Source: an uncultured virus (IMG/VR IMGVR_UViG_3300034069_001183) (lineage: Duplodnaviria; Heunggongvirae; Uroviricota; Caudoviricetes). From it: 20,000 bases of DNA. The first letter of the stretch is position 1, and each line of letters opens with the position of its first letter. This document shows, in pieces, positions 1 through 7,531 of the stretch. Location: IMG/VR virus record IMGVR_UViG_3300034069_001183. One strand, written 5' to 3'. A program made the translations under genes and the position numbers. The notes below the pieces were generated by a model, which worked only from the letters and a program-made list of their open reading frames with translations, ran no database searches and was not told where the DNA came from.

Positions 1-935
1 ACATGATTTTCATCCTCCTTCCCAAAGGTCATTAGCTTACTCGCAAAATCTTTAGTTGCATAGTATAGGCATGGGTAATCATCGTGTCCTTTTGCCAAAC
101 GATGCCACTCACTATTAACAGGAAACACCCCTAGATCGTCCCTTAAGTTGATCAGGAAGTATATACTATCATTCTTAGCTGACCCTGTTAATATCTTCTT
201 GTCTTCCGGTGTCATTGATCTAGCAGTACCGTTCTCAAAAACAATACTATTAGCTATCTCACAAGAAAACTGAGAGCTGGATAAGTAGTTATAGTCTGCA
301 TAGAAACACTCTAGTAGGTCTATAGGATACTCAGGGACATTAAACTGAACCTTACCAACCTCTCCGCCGTAATCCAAAGTTACCTCTGCACCTACTATAT
401 TACTATTATCAAATGCAGGATTATAGAACTCATCCGTTTCATCACTATTATCGTTGCCTGTAAATAACCACGACTTACTGTTAAATAGGAAGTTCTTTAA
501 GCTGTCCTTATTGTCAACGATATGATCAAAGATGCAAGTAGATTCATGGTCAATTTCTGGATATCCTCCATCATCGGTCTTACTATTGACCCAAGTGAAT
601 TTAACACCATTAGCACCAGTAAACTTACAAACTAAGTTACTGAGCGTTGATAGCTTTTTGTGAACATCCATATATTTTTGTGCATATGACTTCTCGTTCC
701 ACTTAGTGCTATGATAATAGATACCACAGACATAGAGTAGTTTGTCCTTAATTGAATTCATTGCTTTCCACTCCCATCCAAAACATCTACCAGACTCTAA
801 GACAATATCACCGTCTTCATCCAGGTCTATGTCACTAGATAACTCAATACTCGCTCTATTAATTACAACAGAGTGAGATGAGCTACTGTTTGTTTCTGGG
901 AGGTTAAATCTTTCTACTTTCTTAATTTTTCCCAT
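1..935 (-). CDS. Conserved phage hypothetical protein (ETNSSSxHS-motif family), 3' end runs off the window
   Basis: Absent from the ORF track because it has no stop in the window. Manual translation from ATG at 935 (MGKIKKVERFNLPETNSSSSHSVVI...GYPEIDHES...KNFLFNSKSWLFTGNDNSD) stays open for ~311 codons to the edge. Promoter motif at 962-974 lies upstream. Confidence 0.85.
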   Translation of the reverse strand, partial: MGKIKKVERFNLPETNSSSSHSVVINRASIELSSDIDLDEDGDIVLESGRCFGWEWKAMNSIKDKLLYVCGIYYHSTKWNEKSYAQKYMDVHKKLSTLSNLVCKFTGANGVKFTWVNSKTDDGGYPEIDHESTCIFDHIVDNKDSLKNFLFNSKSWLFTGNDNSDETDEFYNPAFDNSNIVGAEVTLDYGGEVGKVQFNVPEYPIDLLECFYADYNYLSSSQFSCEIANSIVFENGTARSMTPEDKKILTGSAKNDSIYFLINLRDDLGVFPVNSEWHRLAKGHDDYPCLYYATKDFASKLMTFGKEDENH

Positions 936-987
936 AATTTATAATAATTAAATTTATTCATCTACTATTAAGGATTGTAAGGGAGAA

Positions 988-1020
988 TAAAAAAGGTAAG
1001 GACATTAAACTATCCCTACC
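988..1020 (-). terminator. Rho-independent terminator after endonuclease V gene
   Basis: Minus strand GGTAGGGATAG-TTTAA-TGTCCTTACC followed by TTTTTT. Confidence 0.7.
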
Positions 1021-1540
1021 TATATTTCTTTGTTTCCTTGTCAAGTATTTTTAAGAGCTTTGGTATTCTAAACTCCCCCGACATCATCTTAATATTTCCA
1101 GCTGCTACATTATCTGGAAGACCTATACCCTGTACCCATAATGGTTTTTCCGCCGATCCTCTAAGTATGGGCGCACTAATCTCACTCGTCCTACAAAATT
1201 CAGACTTTGCTAGGCCTATTATTTTTAATCCTGGCATGTTCAACTCATCAAACAGTTTCTTCCCTAGGCCATCTTTCTCCGTACCATCATTGAACCTAAG
1301 CCTGAGAAATCCATCCACTATTATCGTCTCTACCTTGTCTAGACTTACTTTCTCTACTAACAGGCCAAGAACACAGGGAAGCTCTCTCTTGTAGAACTCC
1401 CCTGGTATATAGGACGAAAAACTAGTGCAGATACTACTTATTATTTCGGCGGGTTCATCATCTGTCCATCTATTAAACAAGACACCAACAGTTAATGCGA
1501 GGTTGTCTGAATAATAGTAAGTATCTACCGCTAATTTCAT
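1016..1540 (-). CDS. nfi: Endonuclease V (deoxyinosine 3' endonuclease) family protein
   Basis: Motifs LAVDTYY, YIPGEFYKRELP, IIVDG, IIGLAKS and a C-terminal RIPKLLKILD match the short Bacteroidota-type EndoV. Confidence 0.85.
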   Translation of the reverse strand: MKLAVDTYYYSDNLALTVGVLFNRWTDDEPAEIISSICTSFSSYIPGEFYKRELPCVLGLLVEKVSLDKVETIIVDGFLRLRFNDGTEKDGLGKKLFDELNMPGLKIIGLAKSEFCRTSEISAPILRGSAEKPLWVQGIGLPDNVAAGNIKMMSGEFRIPKLLKILDKETKKYR

Positions 1541-2292
1541 ACATCCATTACATCTAAGAACTTAGCCTCTCCAATATAATCGCCAAATACAGTGAGTTTG
1601 TATTCTTTGTCTGACTTATCAAATACAATATTATAATTTACTGTATCATCTTTGTCCAGCTTAAATATAACTCTCCACTCATCACCCTTAACATGATGAA
1701 GCTTAAGACTACTAACCCTACCTACTAAGAACTCACCAGACTCTTTCTTGATTGTTGCCTGAATATTTCTCGAGTAACCTAGTAATTCACCCTGCTTCTT
1801 TGTTTCACTAATATCGGCAAGTGCAGTAAATGGTAGTGTATCCCTCTCAGCATAAAGACGAGACATCCTATCAAACAAGAATGACTCCTCCATCATCTTA
1901 CAGTGAAGGCTAAGTGGCATAAAGCGATTCATACTAGACTGAAGACCTTGACCCATGATATCGAAGCTAAATCCCTCTGGTATAATCTTCTCTGTGTAGA
2001 CCTTATGATCCTCAGCTGTACTCTTTGCGCGCTCTGGAAAATAGTACTCAATCTGGTATGTCATTGTAATAGGGTCATATCCACTAATCTTGTTTATCTT
2101 TACCCTCTCACACTTAGTATCATAACCATCACCACTGCTCTTTTTCTGGTAGTCTACATATACTGCATACTGACCAATGAGCTGTAAAATCTCTGAGCCC
2201 CCTGGAACCCACTTTAGACTACCTGAATTAAAACCATATCTCTCAGTCATTAACTTCAAGTAGTCTTTCTTCTCTTTCTTCTTATCTTCCAT
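1537..2292 (-). CDS. Hypothetical protein
   Basis: 251-aa ORF; stop overlaps the nfi start (ATGA); no motif recognised. Confidence 0.8.
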   Translation of the reverse strand: MEDKKKEKKDYLKLMTERYGFNSGSLKWVPGGSEILQLIGQYAVYVDYQKKSSGDGYDTKCERVKINKISGYDPITMTYQIEYYFPERAKSTAEDHKVYTEKIIPEGFSFDIMGQGLQSSMNRFMPLSLHCKMMEESFLFDRMSRLYAERDTLPFTALADISETKKQGELLGYSRNIQATIKKESGEFLVGRVSSLKLHHVKGDEWRVIFKLDKDDTVNYNIVFDKSDKEYKLTVFGDYIGEAKFLDVMDV

Positions 2293-2306
2293 AATCTTTT
2301 TTATAG

Positions 2307-2702
2307 TTAAATAATACCTTTTTCTACTAACAATCTCTCAACCTCTGTCCAATCGATGAAAGGACGAACGCTAATAGAGAGATCGGTTTTCAATGGAGCA
2401 CCTAAGGCAGCATCGTCAATATAGAGATGTGCAAAAATCTTCCTACTACTTGTCCATCTGTTCTGTGTCAAGTTCTCATTAACACCTACCAATGGAATAC
2501 CTCGCTGCGCAAACCAATCCACAGCTTCCTCTAAGTAGTTTGGATCACCTGGACTTGTTGGCTCTCCTCTCATTGTATAGAGAATAAGCTCATGTCCTGC
2601 CTCAACTAACCTCTTAAGAACTGGCACTGCACCAATATCTTTGCCAATCTCTGGAAATTCATGACTAACAACAGTACCATCAAAATCAATACAAATCTTC
2701 AT
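2307..2702 (-). CDS. HAD-superfamily phosphatase (BT0820-like)
   Basis: HAD motif I ICIDFDGT, motif II LILYTMR, motif III/IV RKIFAHLYIDD. Confidence 0.85.
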   Translation of the reverse strand: MKICIDFDGTVVSHEFPEIGKDIGAVPVLKRLVEAGHELILYTMRGEPTSPGDPNYLEEAVDWFAQRGIPLVGVNENLTQNRWTSSRKIFAHLYIDDAALGAPLKTDLSISVRPFIDWTEVERLLVEKGII

Positions 2703-2938
2703 CGTTTCTTACTTTTTCTTATTAGTCTTTTACAATTCTTACACTTATACGTTGACTTAATCTCATTGCCTGACACTACCTCACTGACAAGCCTAATATC
2801 TCGACTCGGTTTCTTACAGTCTGGACATGCAAGCTCACTATTCTTGTCATCCTCCTTAGAAAATTGTAAGACTAGTGAAACTACAACCACTGCACTAACA
2901 AAAATACCCGCCAGGCAGATTAATAGAATATCCATCAT
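2699..2938 (-). CDS. Small membrane-anchored zinc-ribbon protein
   Basis: N-terminal hydrophobic helix, CPDC...CKNC pair; ATGA overlaps with both neighbours. Confidence 0.7.
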   Translation of the reverse strand: MMDILLICLAGIFVSAVVVVSLVLQFSKEDDKNSELACPDCKKPSRDIRLVSEVVSGNEIKSTYKCKNCKRLIRKSKKR

Positions 2939-3198
2939 TCGCTGTCCTCCTCTTCGTCGTATTCGTATTCTTCATCCTCATCTTCGTTCTCTTCTTCTTC
3001 GTCTAAGTCACCCAAGTTAATAAAATTAAACTTACTACCAAAAAAGATTTCACCGGATTCTGGAAGTTCTGCAACAATAACAGTTCCTCTATCCTCATGC
3101 TCTTCAATACCAGTTACCTTACCAGATACCTAATCATACTTAAATGTTAGGTCTGGTGAAATAGCTACATAGTCTCCTACTTTAAATTCATCTTTCAT
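2935..3198 (-). pseudogene. Small SH3-like protein with acidic tail, interrupted by in-frame TAG at codon 23
   Basis: ATG at 3198 reads MKDEFKVGDYVAISPDLTFKYD*VSGKVTGIEEHEDRGTVIVAELPESGEIFFG...DEEEDSE-TGA. TAG at 3132-3130. Own promoter motif at 3217-3232; stop is coupled to the next start. Confidence 0.75.
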
Positions 3199-3249
3199 AA
3201 TAATACTTTGTTTTAATTACACTGTTAAGGAATACAAGACGGGGGAGTG

Positions 3250-3286
3250 GAAAAAATGAGCAGTACTATATTTCAAGTACTGCCCC
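3250..3286 (-). terminator. Rho-independent terminator closing the non-coding unit
   Basis: Minus strand GGGCAGTACT-TGAAATAT-AGTACTGCTC then ATTTTTT. Confidence 0.75.
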
Positions 3287-3970
3287 TAGAAACACGGCGC
3301 ATTATAAAAATCATTTGAAAAGGGTGGCTCCTATAATTCCCCGTGTGTTTTCTACGTGTGTTAATTTATTTTCTTGTATCTCCATAAAAGTATTTTCTAT
3401 GGTCAATATTATCAACTAGACACCATAACTACTTGGATTCAAACCAAGTTTTACCTGCAACTTAATTGTTACAGCGCTTTAGTCCCATATAAGCTATAGT
3501 CATTGTATACCTCTATCTGACTCTATCGATTATTCTCAAATTTATACTAATTAACTAGTAAGGTCGTGATTGTTCAGTGAAGTTCTTAGGCTCCACATCA
3601 GTAATTGACTATTCAGCCGCATACTGGTTTTAGTTAAACTATGAACTACTACAACCTAACACAAAACGTTAACAATATAAAATTAAGAAGGTTTTGTGTC
3701 TTATAATATGGTTTAAAATTTCTTGTTACACATTAATGCCACTAGTAGTCCTTATAGGTCCCCAGTTTTTCAGCAGAGCATTGCCCCACCTCAAGCATTA
3801 ATTTCTTGTGTCTTAATAATATAAATTTCAGGTTCTTTACGTAGGAATCATGCAAACACTAGAACCGCATTACATTCCATAATACTAATCTAGTCGTCAC
3901 TTAGTAGATCTCCTCACGAAACTAAACATCCACGAAACTTACTACCTCATGACCTGTTTATCCACGTCTC
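3250..3970 (-). ncRNA. Candidate large structured non-coding RNA (~720 nt)
   Basis: No ORF of 60 aa or more on either strand; two tandem promoter motifs upstream (3970-4066), terminator downstream, several stems visible by eye. Confidence 0.45.
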
Positions 3971-4066
3971 CTACATATATAAGAAATCGAGGCCTTTTCA
4001 AACTGCATTAATTTTCGAGGCCTTCATACTTCCTACACTAATAAGAAATCAAGGGGATCTCAAACG
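3970..4066 (-). promoter_or_regulatory. Tandem pair of phage promoter-like motifs
   Basis: Imperfect direct repeat on minus strand: GTTTGAGATCCCCTTGATTTCTTATTAGTGTAGGA and GTTTGAAAAGGCCTCGATTTCTTATATATGTAGGA, ~62 nt apart. Confidence 0.65.
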
Positions 4067-4090
4067 CCCTTATTTCTTAAGGACTACGGC

Positions 4091-4125
4091 AAAAAAAATA
4101 AGCTAAGGTATTACCCCCTAGCTTA
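4091..4125 (-). terminator. Rho-independent terminator
   Basis: Minus strand TAAGCTAGGG-GGTAATA-CCTTAGCTTA then a T-run, overlapping the stop of 4123..4404. Confidence 0.75.
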
Positions 4126-4404
4126 CTTAATATTATCACGTAACCACTTAATTATCTCATCCTTATTATCTACACCTAGTCTTGTCTTGAATAACCTAAC
4201 AACTACCTCATCAAGATCGACACTTAGATTATCTAGTTCACTCTCATCTTCGGCAGTCTTACAGTACCTACAAGAATCACACATTGCCGTATATCTTAGG
4301 TGGGCAGGTATTACATCCCACATACAAGCAAATTCCGGAATCTCAACACTGGCAACCTTTAATTGACTACCACAAACAGGACACTTATACTTTCTCTCTA
4401 TCAT
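4123..4404 (-). CDS. Small zinc-ribbon protein
   Basis: CPVC...CDSC pair; coupled to upstream gene by ATGA overlap. Confidence 0.75.
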   Translation of the reverse strand: MIERKYKCPVCGSQLKVASVEIPEFACMWDVIPAHLRYTAMCDSCRYCKTAEDESELDNLSVDLDEVVVRLFKTRLGVDNKDEIIKWLRDNIK

Positions 4405-5150
4405 AAGGCAAAATAATATGGACTAAACGCACGGACATAATTTTCATCGAGGAGACTGACGCATCTAACCTCCGTAGGACCTATATACTCTGCGTCATGA
4501 TTCGATGTGTGTAAGTGTCCGTGAATATTAAGGTCCGGTTTCATATCTTCTAGTAATGTTCTGATCTCTTTATTACCAACTGAACTGCCTCCCCAATAAA
4601 CATCAGGCTGAAGGACAATATCACTACAACCATAAGGAGCATCATGAGTAATAACAAGAGACTTAACTGTGTAACCATCAAACTCCTTCTCCAGTGCAGA
4701 CTTTGATTTACCTCTTACCTTGTCAAATTCCTCCCTCTGATACTCTGGCGTGTACATAAAAGCCCAATCACCAAAGATCTTACACATAGGAGAACCATAC
4801 ACATACACAAGATGGTTTGGTAGGTCATCGTCAAGTAAGAGAGTACTGGAATTGCATAAATAAGTAGTACGAGGACCTAAAGCACCTACGATTTTATCCA
4901 GACTCTTATTGTACATGTAAAAGTCATGATTTCCCGCCACTAACAATACCTTTTTCTTCACAGGCAGGCTATCAATCCACTCCTGATAATCCTTCTTTAA
5001 CCACTTCTCAACCTTTCTGTCATCTTGTTGAATATTAAGAGGCACTAAGTCACCCGCAATAATAAGATAATCAACCTCCTTATCTAGACTCACCCCAAGA
5101 TCTCCATGTAAGTCTGAGATCGCCGCAAAACTAATATTATTCTTCTTCAT
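4401..5150 (-). CDS. Calcineurin-like metallophosphoesterase
   Basis: Motifs SDLHG, AGD, AGNHD, ITHDAP, HGHLH. Confidence 0.92.
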   Translation of the reverse strand: MKKNNISFAAISDLHGDLGVSLDKEVDYLIIAGDLVPLNIQQDDRKVEKWLKKDYQEWIDSLPVKKKVLLVAGNHDFYMYNKSLDKIVGALGPRTTYLCNSSTLLLDDDLPNHLVYVYGSPMCKIFGDWAFMYTPEYQREEFDKVRGKSKSALEKEFDGYTVKSLVITHDAPYGCSDIVLQPDVYWGGSSVGNKEIRTLLEDMKPDLNIHGHLHTSNHDAEYIGPTEVRCVSLLDENYVRAFSPYYFAL

Positions 5151-5529
5151 CTTCTACTACTCTAACTGGTATATTCTTTTTCCTTGCTATATCAATCATC
5201 ATCTCAGTTCCCTTATTCTCAGCATACGCACTCTTAAAGGCAATCACTGCGTTAGCCGTCTCTGCCATCTGTAAGTTCCTGAGATAACCCGCCTTCTTAC
5301 CATGCTTCTTCCAATCCGCCGGAAATACCTCACACCTAAGACCATACTCGCCGGCAAACTTCTCACCTAGTTTATCAGCACCCTCAGCATGACCAGATAT
5401 GACAACAACCTCTAATGATAAGTCGGACATCTTTTTTCCTAGGTAGTACAGACACTTCTTCTTTAACCGAGCATAATCCGTATAACTCCTACTACCTGCA
5501 ATAATAACTCTAAACTGATTTACTTTCAT
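5137..5529 (-). CDS. SLOG-superfamily protein (DUF2493/YspA-like)
   Basis: RVIIAGSRSY, VISGHAEGAD, ADWKKHGKKAGYLRN, KGTEMMI. Confidence 0.88.
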   Translation of the reverse strand: MKVNQFRVIIAGSRSYTDYARLKKKCLYYLGKKMSDLSLEVVVISGHAEGADKLGEKFAGEYGLRCEVFPADWKKHGKKAGYLRNLQMAETANAVIAFKSAYAENKGTEMMIDIARKKNIPVRVVEDEEE

Positions 5530-5664
5530 CGCAATATATAATGTAATTAATTCTCACACTAATAAGGAACAAGGGACAGGAAGTATGCAAGATTGACAGT
5601 TTTAAATATTCTAGGTTCTAATACTACTTGTCATAATGGAAAAAATTTGTAATGATCTCATCTC

Positions 5665-5724
5665 AAAAGACTTATCTATGATAAGGGGCTTAAGTAAGTC
5701 TATAAAAAGGCCATGCTTAAGCTC
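5665..5724 (+). promoter_or_regulatory. Promoter-like motif plus conserved 5' hairpin (copy 1)
   Basis: AAAAGACTTATCTATG (5665-5680) is identical to 7427-7442; hairpin GGGCTTAAG...CTTAAGCTC at 5686-5724. Confidence 0.65.
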
Positions 5725-5753
5725 AAAATAATTAATAAAAAGAAGAATAATTT

Positions 5754-7018
5754 ATGGTTTACTTTTTGGAAACGCTCGCTGGTGATAGCGTACACGAGCC
5801 GGTTATCGTAGTTAAGATTGGATTCTCTGAGAATTTTAAGAAGAGACTAAAGGATTATAAGTCTACTAATTATATTTTCAGAGTAATGAAAGTTCTATCT
5901 GATAAGAGCTTTGATAGGAAGTGTGAAAAAATACTACATTACTATTTAGACACTCTATTGGTAAGAGATATAAGAATCAGGTTGAAGTTTTTATATTAGA
6001 TGATGAAGTAGAAAAGCTTATAGAAAGTATCAACACTAGGGAAGATATCTTAAGATTGCAGGGAAAATTGAGTGGTAAGAGGCAAAATTTTAATGTTTAC
6101 TTAAGAAAATCAAGTGGTAGGAAACGAGATTTTAATAAACATCTGAAAAGGTATAAAGGAATACTACTTAAGAATTGGAGGTTAATAGAAAAATCTTATA
6201 GTGGGGACCTAGAGGGATTAATAAATCATTTCATTGATTCCGGATTAGATGATATATTTAAGTTCATAAAAGACTATTATAACGTTGACCTCTTAGATTA
6301 TACCGACGACGAAAAGGGACTACTTAACGAATTCTTTGATAAGTACAATAAGATAGAAACAAGGCAGAAAAAGTTGAAGTTCTTGTGCGAAAAACTTCCG
6401 ACTTTTAATGAACTGGAGAGAACTTGCATATTGGAAAGTGTTACAGAGACTCTTTTTCAAGAATACATTGAGATACTAGGTCTTGATGAGTGTAAAGCAC
6501 AGGGATATAATACATCATTTCTAAACAAGAAATTGAATATCGTAGGGTTTGATGAAACTCTGCTAAATGATACTATATACAATGAATTTAAAGTGGGGCA
6601 TTCTTATTCAAACCCTTACATTAAACAGAAGCTAGGTGAGATATATAAGGATAATAATTACAGAGCTACCGCAAAAGCAGTTGATCTGGATAAGTACTTT
6701 GAAACTAAACATGGGAGAGTAGTAAAAGATAAAACAGGTAAGTGGGTAAATGGAATCTGTATACTGAGTAAGAAAACAGATAATGTAGAGTTTGATAAAG
6801 AAAAATTAAAGGATGATATTTATAACGAATTTATAGTAGGTAATTCTTATTCAACCACTTATGTAAAACAGAAACTAGGGAAAATATATAGTCAGAGGAG
6901 TTACAGAACTACTGCAAAATCTGTCGATCTAGATGAGTTCTTTAACACCAAACGTAAGAGTGTTAAAGATGAAACAGGTAAGTGGATAAATGGAATCTGC
7001 ATAGTTAGTAAGAAATAA
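5754..7018 (+). pseudogene. Frameshifted GIY-YIG/T5orf172-like nuclease fused to duplicated C-terminal putative DNA-binding modules
   Basis: ORF 5754..5999 has MVYFLE...VKIGFSENFKKRLKDY...CEKILH. The -1 frame continues HSIGKRYKNQVEVF...EDILRLQ into ORF 6056..7018, with the break near 5945-5955. The C-terminus is homologous to that of 7532..9598. Confidence 0.7.
6548..7015 (+). repeat. Intragenic tandem duplication, 243-nt (81-aa) period
   Basis: FDxxxLxxxIYNEFxVGxSYSxxYxKQKLGxIY...KDxTGKWxNGICIxSKK starts at 6548 and again at 6791; a third copy is at 9371-9595. Confidence 0.9.
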
Positions 7019-7022
7019 ACAT

Positions 7023-7061
7023 AGGGAGTAGGTTAGGCTGTTTGTCCTACTCTTTTTTTTT
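7023..7061 (+). terminator. Rho-independent terminator
   Basis: GGGAGTAGG...CCTACTCT followed by a T-run; similar to 9606-9651. Confidence 0.8.
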
Positions 7062-7082
7062 CACTACGAAGCTCTTAATATT

Positions 7083-7330
7083 ATAGGGTCGGGTAAGCCT
7101 GCAGCTCCCCTCCCCGCCTTCCCGTTGCCACAATATGAACCTCCCTCGTTACCACTCAGGAGAACCCTATTGAACCCGGGGAAGGTATTCACCTTATGTG
7201 GCGTCGCCGGCAGAGCACGGCTCGACGGTCCTAAGGGTAAACTTGAAAATACCCCTGAAGTACATCTGTGGTTAGGATACAGGAAAATACCGAGCGCCAG
7301 CGAAGGGATTTTGTATGAACTCTACAGATG
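7083..7330. other. GC-rich multi-hairpin element (candidate origin/recognition site or structured RNA)
   Basis: Stems ATAGGGT/ACCCTAT (7083-7170), AAGGT/ACCTT (7182-7195), CGTCGCCG/CGG..CGACG (7202-7227), GGGTA/TACCC (7235-7254), CATCTGT/ACAGATG (7263-7330). Confidence 0.55.
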
Positions 7331-7426
7331 AATATAGGGGTGACTATTTCCAAAATCGGCATATATTCTTTACGTACTCTGTCAAAAAATTCAATGAATT
7401 TGGTAAAATTGTAGTAGTGGTGTTCT

Positions 7427-7494
7427 AAAAGACTTATCTATGTAATAGATAGGGGCATTAAGCGGGCCGCTGCCAAAAAAGGCCGCTTAAGCCC
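7427..7494 (+). promoter_or_regulatory. Promoter-like motif plus conserved 5' hairpin (copy 2)
   Basis: AAAAGACTTATCTATG at 7427-7442; hairpin GGGCATTAAGCGG...CCGCTTAAGCCC at 7453-7494. Confidence 0.65.
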
Positions 7495-7531
7495 GGAAAC
7501 ATATTCATTAACATTTTAAAAATAATTTATT

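Noticed and set aside
3250..3970. tRNA, tmRNA or RNase P gene
   Set aside because: No cloverleaf, T-loop/CCA end or RNase P conserved motifs could be identified by eye
7125..7331. 68-aa ORF in the GC-rich element
   Set aside because: TTG start, atypical composition, coincides with stacked hairpins; likely spurious
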